The position numbers were made by a program, and so were the translations under genes. A DNA stretch of 54,687 nt, from contig JBILOZ010000001.1 in assembly GCA_044374245.1 (NCBI GenBank), positions 1-54,687 of the forward strand, read 5' to 3'. The stretch comes from Sphingorhabdus sp. (GTDB lineage: Bacteria > Pseudomonadota > Alphaproteobacteria > Sphingomonadales > Sphingomonadaceae). Shown piece by piece: positions 22,775 through 33,964 of the stretch. The notes under the pieces are model-generated. The model saw only the letters and a list, made by a program, of their open reading frames with translations, made no database searches and was not told where the DNA came from. Every line of letters begins with the position of its first letter. The stretch's first letter is position 1.

Positions 22775-22903
22775 ATGATAAGGATTTTTAGGCATTACAT
22801 ACCCTATGGGGTGCCGTTTCTGGCGCTGGATGATCTCCTGCGGATCAAAACAACGGGCGTGCACGACCGTGACGACAGCCTGTCTCATCAGGAGGCCGCC
22901 TAA
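22775..22903 (+). pseudogene. 42-aa chimeric remnant: N-terminus of a TIGR03013-type PEP-CTERM sugar transferase joined to a probable PrsK C-terminal tail
   Basis: MIRIFRHYIPYGVPFLALDDLLRIKTTGVHDRDDSLSHQEAA*; purine-rich RBS (GGACAGGG) upstream; its TAA directly abuts the prsR ATG. Confidence 0.65.
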
Positions 22904-24172
22904 ATGACCGAATATCGGCAAAAGCTACTCATTGTGGAAGATGACCTTAGTCTTCAGAAGCAACTCAAATGGTCATATGAAGGTTTCGACGTCTTTTGCG
23001 CGTCCAGTCGTGAAGAAGCGCTCGCCGTGCTGCGCGAAGTAGAGCCTGACACCAAAATCATTGTCGTGTCGGGAGATGGCGCACATGAAAGCGCGCTGCG
23101 TGCCATTTCGGCCGGTGCATGGGATTTTCATCATAAGCCCGTGGATATGGACGAGCTTCACCTGCTGGTTCGGCGCGCATTTCATGTGCGTGAACTAGAG
23201 GTGCAGAACGCATCATTGCAACAACCCGATAGCGACGGTGCGTTGTTGCTGGGAACAATACGCACCGCATCGCCGGAGATGGTAAAGGTTGCCCGCACCA
23301 TAGAGCGCATCGCACCAGCTGATATTTCGGTTTTGCTGTTGGGTGCGAGCGGCACGGGAAAGGAATTGCTGGCGCGCGGTCTGCACAATGCCAGCGGTCG
23401 GCGCGATAAGCCATTTGTTGCCATCAACTGCGGCGCAATCCCTGAAAATTTGCTGGAATCTGAATTGTTCGGCCATGAAAAAGGTGCGTTTACCGGCGCT
23501 ATTAAAACGACCGAGGGCAAGATTGAGCTGGCACATGGCGGAACGCTTTTCTTGGATGAAGTTGGTGACATCCCGTTAGCGCTGCAGGTAAAGCTGCTCC
23601 GTTTTTTGCAGGAACGCAATATCGAGCGCATTGGCGGCCGCAAAGCCATTCACGTCGATGTCCGTGTGGTCTGCGCCACACATCGCAATCTCAGCAAGAT
23701 GATTTCGGAACAATCATTCCGCGATGATTTATATTACCGATTGGCAGAAGTCACCGTCAACATTCCGCCGCTTGCCGCGCGCACGGGGGACGCAATTTTG
23801 TTGGCCAAGCATTTCGTCAGCAAATTTGCACGCGAGATGAACCCGACGGTTAAAGGCATGTCCACCGGCGCATTGGCGGCAATTGATGCGTGGAACTGGC
23901 CGGGAAATGTTCGCGAACTTGAAAACCGCGTTAAGCGCGCTGTTATCATGGCAGAGGGCGCGTTTGTAACGGCGGAAGACCTCGACTTGGGCGACGGGAA
24001 TGCGGAAGATCTGCAACTCAACTTGAAAGCAGCGCGCGAGGCCTCTGACCGCAAGGCAATTACGCGGGCTGTTGCGCGGACAGAGGGCAATATTTCCAAC
24101 GCAGCGAAGTTATTGGGTATTAGTCGGCCGACGCTGTACGATCTGATGAAACAATATGATCTGCATGTGTGA
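22904..24172 (+). CDS. prsR: PEP-CTERM-box sigma-54 response regulator PrsR-like, with an internally shortened receiver domain
   Basis: KLLIVEDD..LQKQLKW N-terminus typical of PrsR; GASGTGKE, GAFTGA, FLDEVG, WPGNVREL and Fis HTH intact; the usual LDLGLPP segment is missing. Confidence 0.8.
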   Translation: MTEYRQKLLIVEDDLSLQKQLKWSYEGFDVFCASSREEALAVLREVEPDTKIIVVSGDGAHESALRAISAGAWDFHHKPVDMDELHLLVRRAFHVRELEVQNASLQQPDSDGALLLGTIRTASPEMVKVARTIERIAPADISVLLLGASGTGKELLARGLHNASGRRDKPFVAINCGAIPENLLESELFGHEKGAFTGAIKTTEGKIELAHGGTLFLDEVGDIPLALQVKLLRFLQERNIERIGGRKAIHVDVRVVCATHRNLSKMISEQSFRDDLYYRLAEVTVNIPPLAARTGDAILLAKHFVSKFAREMNPTVKGMSTGALAAIDAWNWPGNVRELENRVKRAVIMAEGAFVTAEDLDLGDGNAEDLQLNLKAAREASDRKAITRAVARTEGNISNAAKLLGISRPTLYDLMKQYDLHV

Positions 24173-24207
24173 TGGGAAGTGTATCAGCCAAAAGCTGCGG
24201 AAAAAAA

Positions 24208-24552
24208 TCAGCTAAGCGCCAGTAATTCGGCCGGATCGATGCCGGCACGCTGCATTTGGGCTTTTACGTCAGGCCAAATATTGTGCATGAAATTATCGCG
24301 CTCGAAACTGCGCAGTTTTGAAATAGCGCCAGTTGCAACGAAAAGACCGACGCCGCGCTTAACGTCCACGAGGCCGCTGTCCTGAAATAGTTGATAGGCT
24401 TTAGCGACCGTCAACGGGTTCGCGCCTTGGTCAGCAGCAAATGCGCGAACCGAAGGCAACATGTCGCCTTCCTTATACGCACCGTCCAAAATGGCGGCGG
24501 CGATCACATCGCGCAATTTTAAATATACGGGTTTAACGTCATTCTTCATCAC
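24208..24552 (-). CDS. GntR family (YtrA-like) transcriptional regulator
   Basis: LPSVRAFA, NPLTVAKAY, RGVGLFV; short C-terminus. Confidence 0.88.
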   Translation of the reverse strand: MMKNDVKPVYLKLRDVIAAAILDGAYKEGDMLPSVRAFAADQGANPLTVAKAYQLFQDSGLVDVKRGVGLFVATGAISKLRSFERDNFMHNIWPDVKAQMQRAGIDPAELLALS

Positions 24553-24596
24553 ATACTTACTGCCATAATACAGTAGGTCGCGTCAAGGCAGCTATT

Positions 24597-25166
24597 TTAC
24601 GGCCATTGGCGAATGATATGCGTGGGGTCGGGGCGCGGCCGCTCTTCAAGAGGCAGGGCCGGGGACCCCATGAAGAATAGCCCCGCAATTTGCTCGTCGC
24701 CCGAGCAAATGGCTTTGCGCACGTTGTCGTCGTACGTCGTCCATCCAGTAATCCAGCTTCCGACAAAGCCATGCGCGTGGGCCGCGTGCAGCAAGTTCAT
24801 GCCGACCGCGCCAACGCTGAGTTGCTGTTCCCACAAAGGAATTTTTGCGCTTGGCTGGGGCGCGTACACCAAAAGGACAAGCGTTGGGGCCATGCGCGAC
24901 GGAGATACTGCTGCGTCAATCTGTGCAGGCCGCGCGTCGGGATTGGCAGCGGTGAATGCATGTGTGAGGAGATCAGCAAAGGCGCTGCGGTCGGTGATCT
25001 CGACAAAACGCCACGGAAATAGCTTGCCATGGTCGGGGGTACGCGTAGCGGTCTGCAATATGCGGTTAAGCGTGGCTTGGTCGGGAGCGGGTTCCACCAT
25101 GTCGCGTGGTTTGCCAGACCTGCGGGTTTCGAGATAGCGGGTTACGGAGGAGAGGTCGTTGAACAT
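24597..25166 (-). CDS. Nitroreductase family protein (YdjA-like)
   Basis: RTPDHGKLFPWRF, WITGW; start set at ATG 25166 (GGGAG upstream). Confidence 0.88.
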   Translation of the reverse strand: MFNDLSSVTRYLETRRSGKPRDMVEPAPDQATLNRILQTATRTPDHGKLFPWRFVEITDRSAFADLLTHAFTAANPDARPAQIDAAVSPSRMAPTLVLLVYAPQPSAKIPLWEQQLSVGAVGMNLLHAAHAHGFVGSWITGWTTYDDNVRKAICSGDEQIAGLFFMGSPALPLEERPRPDPTHIIRQWP

Positions 25167-25299
25167 TCCACTCCCTTCGACGAATTTTGACGGTATCCGC
25201 AATTAAATTCTTCACACGCGCAATTTTTTCGGTAGGTTCGCCGACAATCGTTCCTTTCAATGGAACATCAAACATAACAGAAATGAGGGGTTTCGCTCG

Positions 25300-26826
25300 A
25301 TGGCGACATCATATGCGCAAGATGGAGATGCAGCAGGGACATTCCTTGGCCATCCCAAAGGTCTTTTCGTCTTATTCTTTGCCGAAATGTGGGAGCGCTT
25401 TTCCTATTACGGAATGCGCGCACTGCTGATTTTTTATCTGACAAAGCATTGGCTATTTTCGGATGAAAAATCGGGCGCCATTTATGGCGCGTACACGGCT
25501 TTAGTATATATCACGCCAGTGCTTGGCGGCTATTTGGCGGACCGATGGCTCGGACAGCGAAAAGCGGTGACATATGGCGCTGTATTGTTGACCTTTGGAC
25601 ATCTGCTCATGGGCTTTGAAGGAACGGGCGGACAAGATACTGCCTCGTTGAATATCTTCTGGCTTGCGCTGGCGTTCATTATCGTGGGATCTGGCTTTTT
25701 GAAGGCCAATATTTCCGTGATTGTTGGGCAGCTCTATCCACGGACCGACGTCCGTCGCGATGGTGCATATACCATTTTCTACATGGGCATTAACTTGGGC
25801 GCGGCGCTGGGCGCATTGCTCTGCGGTTATCTCGGTGAGACCTATGGCTGGTCATACGGTTTTGGTGCTGCCGGCGTCGGTATGTTGCTTGGCCTCATTG
25901 TATTTGTCGTATTCAAGCCTTTGTTGCTTGGACGCGGCGAACCCGCTGATCCCGCAGCTTTGAATAAGCCTGTGATGGGTCTTAAGCTGGAGTGGCTTTT
26001 GTATTTGGTCGGCTTGGTCGCCGTTGCCGCTTGCTGGTGGCTGGTGCAAAATCAGGCCGTCGTTGGTTCATTGCTTGGCATCGCCGGTGCCACTCTGGTT
26101 GCGTATGTTTTGTGGACTGCTGTTCGCAAGCTTGAACCACATGACCGTGACCGCATTTTTGCGGCGATGTTCCTGATCATTGGTTCGATCCTGTTCTGGG
26201 CTTTGTTTGAACAAGCTGGATCGTCGCTCAATCTGTTTACGGACCGCCATGTGGATCGTGCTGGCGTTCCCGCATCAGTGTTTCAATCGTTGAACGCCAT
26301 TTACATCGTTCTTCTTGCGCCGCTGTTTGCGTGGCTTTGGACGGCGCTTGGCCGCAAGGGTCTCGAACCTTCTGCACCGGCAAAGTTCGGTTTGGGTATT
26401 GTACAACTCGGAATTGGTTTCCTCGTTCTGGTCGCAGGTTCTGCAGCTGCGGGCGCGGACAGCATGGTTCCTGTGTTGTTCATTTTCCTCATCTACCTGT
26501 TCCACACGACCGGCGAATTGTGCCTGTCACCTGTCGGACTCAGCGCAATGAACCGCCTCGCGCCTGCACATCTTGCGTCGTTGATCATGGGCACATGGTT
26601 CTTTGCATCAGCAACAGGTAACTTCGCAGCTGGCCTCATCGCTTCTGCAACGGGTTCGGAAGCTGCATCCGGTGAAGGTGCTGGCCGCGAAGTCGTCATG
26701 GCTGTGTATAGCCAAATCGGCTGGATCGCGATTGGCGTAGGTGTTGCGGTTGTTGTAATCTCGCCGCTTATCAAGAAACTGATGCACCTCGACACCTTGC
26801 GTGATGACGGACATCTCGAAGGTTAG
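25300..26826 (+). CDS. Proton-dependent oligopeptide (POT/PTR2) MFS transporter
   Basis: EMWERFSYYG motif, FYMGINLG, GELCLSPVG. Confidence 0.93.
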   Translation: MATSYAQDGDAAGTFLGHPKGLFVLFFAEMWERFSYYGMRALLIFYLTKHWLFSDEKSGAIYGAYTALVYITPVLGGYLADRWLGQRKAVTYGAVLLTFGHLLMGFEGTGGQDTASLNIFWLALAFIIVGSGFLKANISVIVGQLYPRTDVRRDGAYTIFYMGINLGAALGALLCGYLGETYGWSYGFGAAGVGMLLGLIVFVVFKPLLLGRGEPADPAALNKPVMGLKLEWLLYLVGLVAVAACWWLVQNQAVVGSLLGIAGATLVAYVLWTAVRKLEPHDRDRIFAAMFLIIGSILFWALFEQAGSSLNLFTDRHVDRAGVPASVFQSLNAIYIVLLAPLFAWLWTALGRKGLEPSAPAKFGLGIVQLGIGFLVLVAGSAAAGADSMVPVLFIFLIYLFHTTGELCLSPVGLSAMNRLAPAHLASLIMGTWFFASATGNFAAGLIASATGSEAASGEGAGREVVMAVYSQIGWIAIGVGVAVVVISPLIKKLMHLDTLRDDGHLEG

Positions 26827-26883
26827 GCAGAAGCAGGCGAAGCTGCTGCCGCTGGCATTCGCCCCACAAACTGGAGTTAAGTG

Positions 26884-28287
26884 ATGGCAAAGTTTAATGC
26901 ATTGCGCAGCGCATATCTTGTGCTGCCGCTGGCTCTTATGGCCTGTTCAAACGCAGAAGGTCCAAAGACGGTTTCTGCGGCACCTGTTGCAAAGCCGGTG
27001 GAAAAGGCACCTGTGCCGTTCCCGTCGACATATAAGGCATATCCCGGCGTCGCTACCGCCATCCGTAATGTCACCATTTACGATGGCGAAGGTGGCAAAA
27101 TCGAAAATGGCGTGGTGTTCATTTCTGGCGGCAAGATTAGCAGCGTCGGTGGGCCGGACACTGCCATACCTTCGGGTACGGCGGTTGTGGACGGTGCAGG
27201 CAAGTTTGTGACGCCCGGCATCATCGATATCCATTCACATCTCGGTGATTATCCGACGCCATCGGTGGAAGCCCATAGCGACGGGAACGAAGCGACATCG
27301 CCGACCACCCCCGAGGTTTGGGCGGAGCACAGCGTATGGCCGCAAGATCCAGGCTTTAGCCGCGCACTCACCAATGGTGGCATAACCGCGCTTCAGATTT
27401 TGCCCGGATCGGCTAACTTGATGGGTGGCCGCTCCGTCGTTCTAAAGAATGTCTATGCGCGCACGGTGCAGGGCATGAAGTTCCCGGGCGCGCCGTACGG
27501 TATGAAAATGGCCTGCGGCGAAAATCCGAAGCGCGTTTATGGTAGCAAGGGGCGCATGCCCTCAACCCGCATGGGCAACATCGCCGTCAACCGTCAGACT
27601 TGGATTAAAGCGCAGGATTACAAGAAAAAGCGCGACAGCGGTAAGGAATATACCCGCGATCTCGGTCTTGAAACGCTTGCGGGCGTTTTAGATGGCGACA
27701 TCTCGATCCAAAACCACTGCTACCGTGCCGATGAAATGGCGCTCGTTCTCGATATGGCGAAGGAATTTGGCTACAAGGTCTCCACATTCCACCACGCTGT
27801 TGAGAGCTACAAGATCGCTGACTTGTTGCGCGACAATGGCGTGTGTTCAGCGGTTTGGGCGGACTGGTGGGGCTTCAAGATGGAAGCCTATGACGCCATC
27901 CCTGAAAATGCCGCAATCCTGCAAAACACCGGCGCTTGCGTGATCATTCACTCCGATGATGAAAACCAGATCCAGCGTCTGAACCAAGAAGCGGCAAAGG
28001 CGCAGGCGGATGGTCGCAGAATGGGCATCAATATCAGCGATGCTGAAGTCATCAAATGGCTGACCTACAATCCAGCCAAGGCGCTTGGCATATCGGACAA
28101 AACCGGCAGTTTGAAGCCCGGTAAAATGGCCGATCTCGTGCTGTGGAATGGCAACCCGCTCAGCGTGTACGCACGACCTGATAAGGTTTGGATCGACGGC
28201 GCGTTGATGTTTGATGCCAGTAACCCCAAAATACGTCCGGTCAGCGACTTTGAGCTTGGCCAACCCGGTGAAGGAGATGTGAAATGA
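26884..28287 (+). CDS. Amidohydrolase superfamily lipoprotein (metal ligands intact)
   Basis: Lipobox LMAC; PGIIDIHSH, KMACGENPK, NHCYR, HHAVE, HSDD, GSLKPGKMADLVLW. Confidence 0.88.
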   Translation: MAKFNALRSAYLVLPLALMACSNAEGPKTVSAAPVAKPVEKAPVPFPSTYKAYPGVATAIRNVTIYDGEGGKIENGVVFISGGKISSVGGPDTAIPSGTAVVDGAGKFVTPGIIDIHSHLGDYPTPSVEAHSDGNEATSPTTPEVWAEHSVWPQDPGFSRALTNGGITALQILPGSANLMGGRSVVLKNVYARTVQGMKFPGAPYGMKMACGENPKRVYGSKGRMPSTRMGNIAVNRQTWIKAQDYKKKRDSGKEYTRDLGLETLAGVLDGDISIQNHCYRADEMALVLDMAKEFGYKVSTFHHAVESYKIADLLRDNGVCSAVWADWWGFKMEAYDAIPENAAILQNTGACVIIHSDDENQIQRLNQEAAKAQADGRRMGINISDAEVIKWLTYNPAKALGISDKTGSLKPGKMADLVLWNGNPLSVYARPDKVWIDGALMFDASNPKIRPVSDFELGQPGEGDVK

Positions 28288-29576
28288 GGCATTTCCTCTA
28301 TGCTGCCGCCGCGCTTGCGGCTTTTGCGACACCCGTTTCGGCTGAAACGATAGCCATTACCGGCGGCCGCGTTGTGATTGGCGATGGTAGTGCACCTATT
28401 GAAGGCGGCACTGTGGTTGTCCGTGATGGCGTTGTCGTTGCAGCTGGTGCCGGTGTTTTGGTCCCGTCGGGCGCACGTCGCATCGACGCGTCGGGCAAAT
28501 GGGTAACGCCCGGCGTTTTCGCTGGCTTCACCCGTCTTGGCCTCGCTGAAGTAGATGCCGTTAACGGCACGAACGACAAGAGTGGCGGTCGAAGTGGTTT
28601 CTCGGCCGCGATCGACGTTGCGCCTGCGATTGATCCATTCCGGTCGCCATTTGCTGTCAACCGTTCTGCCGGCGTAACGCGCGCAGTCGTTGCACCTGAA
28701 GGCGCCAATTCTATTTTTGCAGGGCAGGGCGCCATTGCGGATCTGGGAGCGGACAGTAACCCAGTTACCAAGGCACGTGCGTTTCAGTTTGCCGAATTCG
28801 GTGAAGATGGTGCGGATGCCGCTGGCGGAAGCCGCGCCGGAACGCATCTGCATTTCCGCGCGATGTTGCGTGAGGCGCAGGATTACGCCGCTGGGCGTGG
28901 CACCTTTGATGATGATTTGCTGAAAGCAGAAGACGCCAAGGCATTGTTATCAGTGCTGCGCGGCGAAACGCGCCTTTTGATCCATGTCGAAGGCGCAAAT
29001 GATATGCTTCGGCTCATTGAGCTGAAACGCGACTTCCCATCGATCAAAATGGTGTTTGTTGGCGTAAGCGAAGGATGGCGGGTTGCACCGCAACTCGCGC
29101 AAGCCCGTATTCCCGTTATCGCGTCGGCGTTGAACGACTTGCCCGCATCGTTTGAAATGCTGGGGGCAACGCAGAGCAATATTGGTCGCATGAAAGATGC
29201 CGGTGTGCAGGTTGCCATTGGCATGATCAATGATCGCGATTCGCACCAATTGCGGTACACGACGCAATATGCAGGCAATATCGTAAGCCTTGAGCGCGTG
29301 CCCGGTGCGACTGGCCTAACATGGGATGAGGCGTTTGCCGCGATTAGCTCGGTTCCTGCCGATATCATGGGTGTTGGTGACCGTTTGGGTAGCCTAAAGG
29401 CCGGCAAAGCCGCTGACGTCGTTGTTTGGGATGGCGATCCGCTTGAGCTGTCCTCTGCGCCGACCACAGTGATCATCGACGGCGTCGAACAGCCGCTGGG
29501 CAATCGCCAAAACCGACTGCGTGACCGTTATGCGCGGCCAACAGAGGGTGATTTGCCAAAGGCATATGATCGTTGA
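28284..29576 (+). CDS. Amidohydrolase-fold secreted protein lacking the HxH motif
   Basis: Signal peptide; GKWVTPGVFAGFTRLG where HxH is expected; GSLKAGKAADVVVWDGDP. Confidence 0.85.
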   Translation: MRHFLYAAAALAAFATPVSAETIAITGGRVVIGDGSAPIEGGTVVVRDGVVVAAGAGVLVPSGARRIDASGKWVTPGVFAGFTRLGLAEVDAVNGTNDKSGGRSGFSAAIDVAPAIDPFRSPFAVNRSAGVTRAVVAPEGANSIFAGQGAIADLGADSNPVTKARAFQFAEFGEDGADAAGGSRAGTHLHFRAMLREAQDYAAGRGTFDDDLLKAEDAKALLSVLRGETRLLIHVEGANDMLRLIELKRDFPSIKMVFVGVSEGWRVAPQLAQARIPVIASALNDLPASFEMLGATQSNIGRMKDAGVQVAIGMINDRDSHQLRYTTQYAGNIVSLERVPGATGLTWDEAFAAISSVPADIMGVGDRLGSLKAGKAADVVVWDGDPLELSSAPTTVIIDGVEQPLGNRQNRLRDRYARPTEGDLPKAYDR

Positions 29577-29626
29577 GGCAATAATCTGCTATTGAGCGGG
29601 CACATCCGGCGGCGGGAGTAAAGGTT

Positions 29627-30300
29627 ATGGGCGAATATTTGTTCTTGGCTGCGGCCTCCATATCGTTTGTCGGTAGTCATTTTCTCATGTCGCATCCATG
29701 GCGGGCGGATATGGTCAGGAGATTCGGTGCAAACGGATTTCTGGGGCTTTATTCGCTCGTGTCGTTCGCGTCCTTTGGCTGGATGCTTTTTGAATTTGGG
29801 CGAGTGCCAAAAGGGGACGCGCTGTGGCCAGCGAGTGACACCGTTTGGATCGTGGCAAGCGTGCTGACTTTAGTTGCCGCTGTCCTGTTTTCCGGATCGT
29901 TCATTCGCAACCCGTCATTGCCGGGTGTGCCCGACACTATGGCTGGGCAAACACCCTTTGGCGTTTTTAAGGCAACCCGTCACCCGATGATGTGGGGCTT
30001 TGCACTGTCGGGCATTGCGCATGTTTTGGTAGCGCCGCGGATCGACAATTTCATTTTTGCTGGAAGCCTGGTTTTCCTCGCACTGGTGGGTTCCAAGGCG
30101 CAGGAAATCAAGAAACGCAAGCTCATGGGCGTCGAATGGGACGCGTGGCTGCGTAGGACGCATTTCGCCATTCAGCCCGTGGCCTTGTTTCAGGTCGGGA
30201 TCGGTCCGTGGATTGCGGGCATAATCCTCTGGGCCGCAGCAACGTGGGCGCACCCATATTGGAATGTCGCTGGCGCTGGCCTGTTTCGATGGTTCAGCTT

Positions 30301-30304
<4 letters not shown>
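29627..30304 (+). CDS. NnrU family membrane protein
   Basis: N-terminal FVGSHFLMSHP, TRHPMMWGFA, multiple TM helices. Confidence 0.8.
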
Positions 30305-31282
<978 letters not shown>

Positions 31283-31296
<14 letters not shown>

Positions 31297-32527
31297 GAGC
31301 GTTTTCCTTTTCGGGGGCTTCAATGGCGGTAGCAAGCGCAACGTCCATTTGCACATTGCCCGTTGTCCGAAAAACATCCGGCAGCGTTTCGACCGCGATT
31401 AACAATGCGAGTGGCTCCACAGGAATGCCAAGCGCAATACAGATTGGCGCGATTGAGGTCACAAAGCTGACGGTGCCGGGAAGGCTTACCGCGCCCATTG
31501 AGGTCAGGGCGGCGATGAAAATTGCCGCGCCATAATCGAACGCGTCAAGCTTTATGCCGAACCAGTTTGCAACATAAAGCGCGACGGCAAGGTTCATTGC
31601 AGGGCCAGTGGCACGCAACAATGCTACCGCCATTGGGAGGACCAGTCCTGCAGAAGACTCACGAACGCCTAACGCCTCTGACTTCTTCAACATCAACGGA
31701 AGGCTGGCCAAGGATGATTGTGTGGATACGGCGAACGCTTGGACGGGAGCGATCTGGCGGGCAAATTCGCTGAAGCGAACTTTGCCGGCAAAAACTGCAA
31801 TTGGATAAGCAAAGGCGCCGACGATGATACCGACGATGGACACCGTGAGGATATAATGCGCAACGGCGCCCAACGCGGCCAATCCGGATCGCGCGCCAAC
31901 GACAAATGCCAACGCAAACACACCGATGGGCGCGAGCTTTAGTACCCATTCGATGACGAGGATCATGGCGTCGGCAAGCGCGCTGAAAAATCCAGCCATG
32001 TGCGCCCGTGGCTCTTGCGCAAGGCGCGTGACGGCAAAGGCAAAGACGAGCGTGAAAATCAGAAGTGGCAAGATGGAGTCGCTTGCGGCGGCCGAAATTG
32101 GATTGGTTGGCACCAACGCAACGACGAAATCACGCAAACTGGGTTGTTCGGCGACCGCTGGCGCCGTCGTCAGCGCCGAGCGTAGAGCGGCCGCGCTTTC
32201 TTGTGGCATGGGCCAAAGCGATAGCACCATCGGGGTCAACAGTGCGCCCAATGCAGCCGACATGAACATCATCACGACGATCCAACTGATGGTGCGCGCT
32301 GCCATCGGTCCGGCCCGCGCGGCTTCCGCGCTTTTGACTATTCCAGTGATAACCAATGCGACCACCAACGGAACCACCGTCATGCGAAGGCCGTTGAGCC
32401 ATAATGTTCCTACAATATCGAGGATCAAATCCAGTTTTTCACCGGCGGCAGGAAACTGCGCGGTCACGAAAATGCCGAGGGCAAGGCCAATAACAAGGGC
32501 GATAAGAATACGGGTAGCGTTTGACAT
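31283..32527 (-). CDS. Dicarboxylate/amino acid:cation symporter (DAACS)
   Basis: [31 protein letters not shown]; start moved to ATG 32527 to avoid overlap with glmM. Confidence 0.88.
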
Positions 32528-32623
32528 AGGATCGGGTCTTGCCAGCCCATCGCTCCCTATGCAAGGGAGAGGCTTGGCAGCGTGGAAATTCACAACGTGA
32601 ACCGCAGAACGGCAGGAAGCAAA

Positions 32624-33964
32624 ATGGCGCGCAAATATTTCGGGACGGATGGTATAAGAGGGCGCACCAATACGGGCGCCATGACACCGGAAATGGCGAT
32701 GAAGGTCGGTCAGGCTGCAGGCACGCACTTCCTGCGCGGTGGGCATAAGCACCGGGTCGTCATCGGGAAAGATACGCGCCTGTCCGGCTATATGATTGAA
32801 AACGCACTCGTGGCTGGATTTACCAGCGTGGGCATGGATGTCGTCCAGTTCGGCCCGATTCCGACGCCAGCCGTTGCGCTTCTGACGCGGTCGATGCGCG
32901 CAGACCTTGGCGTGATGATCTCTGCCAGCCATAATCCTTATGAAGACAATGGCATCAAGCTGTTTGGACCTGATGGATACAAGCTATCTGATGCCGATGA
33001 ACTGGCGATTGAGGCATTGCTGGGCGAGAAGCTGACGCTTGCTGACGCCCCCGATATTGGCCGCGCGCGCCGTATCGAAGACAGCCGTGGACGGTATATC
33101 CATGCGGTAAAAGCGTCGGTGCCAGAGCATATCCGTTTTGATGGATTACATGTCGTGCTCGATTGCGCAAATGGCGCAGCATATCAGGTCGCACCTACCG
33201 CAATCTGGGAGCTGGGTGCCAAAGTAACCTCCATCGGGGTTGAACCGAATGGCAAGAACATCAACGACAAGGTTGGGTCAACGCATGTTGCCACGCTTCA
33301 GGAAACCGTTGTTGCTTCTGGCGCGGATATTGGGATTGCGCTTGACGGTGATGCCGACCGGTTGATCGTTGTCGACGAACATGGCCAGGTGGTGGACGGT
33401 GACCAGATCATGGCTTTGCTTGGCTGCGCGATGCGCCGCGCGGGCAAACTTACGGGCGATGGTATCGTTGCGACCGTGATGTCCAACCTTGGGCTAGAGC
33501 GCTATTTGGAGAGCCAGCATTTAAAACTCATCCGTGCAAAAGTCGGTGACCGCTACGTTCTCGAAGAAATGCGCAAGCATGGTATCAACGTCGGTGGCGA
33601 ACAGTCTGGGCATATGATCCTTTTGGATCATGCGACGACAGGCGACGGCACGATTGCCGCGCTTCAAGTATTGGCGCAGCTGGTCGAGAGCGGGAAGCCA
33701 GCCAGCGAAGTGCTGCACCTGTTTGATCCAGTGCCGCAGCTTTTAAAGAATGTCCGCTTTTCGGGCGGCAAGCCGTTGGAGGATGCCCGCGTACAGCAGG
33801 TTATCGCCGATGCTGAAGCCGAATTGGCCGGCACGGGCAGGCTGGTTATCCGTCCGTCGGGTACTGAACCCGTCATCCGCGTGATGGCGGAGGGAGATGA
33901 CGCGGCACAGGTCGAGCGCATCGTTGATGGCATATGCGACGCTGTGAGGGCAGCTGCGGCCTGA
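32624..33964 (+). CDS. glmM: Phosphoglucosamine mutase
   Basis: [38 protein letters not shown]. Confidence 0.97.
   Translation: MARKYFGTDGIRGRTNTGAMTPEMAMKVGQAAGTHFLRGGHKHRVVIGKDTRLSGYMIENALVAGFTSVGMDVVQFGPIPTPAVALLTRSMRADLGVMISASHNPYEDNGIKLFGPDGYKLSDADELAIEALLGEKLTLADAPDIGRARRIEDSRGRYIHAVKASVPEHIRFDGLHVVLDCANGAAYQVAPTAIWELGAKVTSIGVEPNGKNINDKVGSTHVATLQETVVASGADIGIALDGDADRLIVVDEHGQVVDGDQIMALLGCAMRRAGKLTGDGIVATVMSNLGLERYLESQHLKLIRAKVGDRYVLEEMRKHGINVGGEQSGHMILLDHATTGDGTIAALQVLAQLVESGKPASEVLHLFDPVPQLLKNVRFSGGKPLEDARVQQVIADAEAELAGTGRLVIRPSGTEPVIRVMAEGDDAAQVERIVDGICDAVRAAAA

Noticed and set aside
32528-32932. Long N-terminal extension of the DAACS transporter in the ORF track
   Set aside because: It overlaps glmM on the opposite strand; the hydrophobic transporter sequence begins at ATG 32527.
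33900-33964. TPP riboswitch ahead of thiD
   Set aside because: thiD overlaps the glmM stop codon, leaving no leader.
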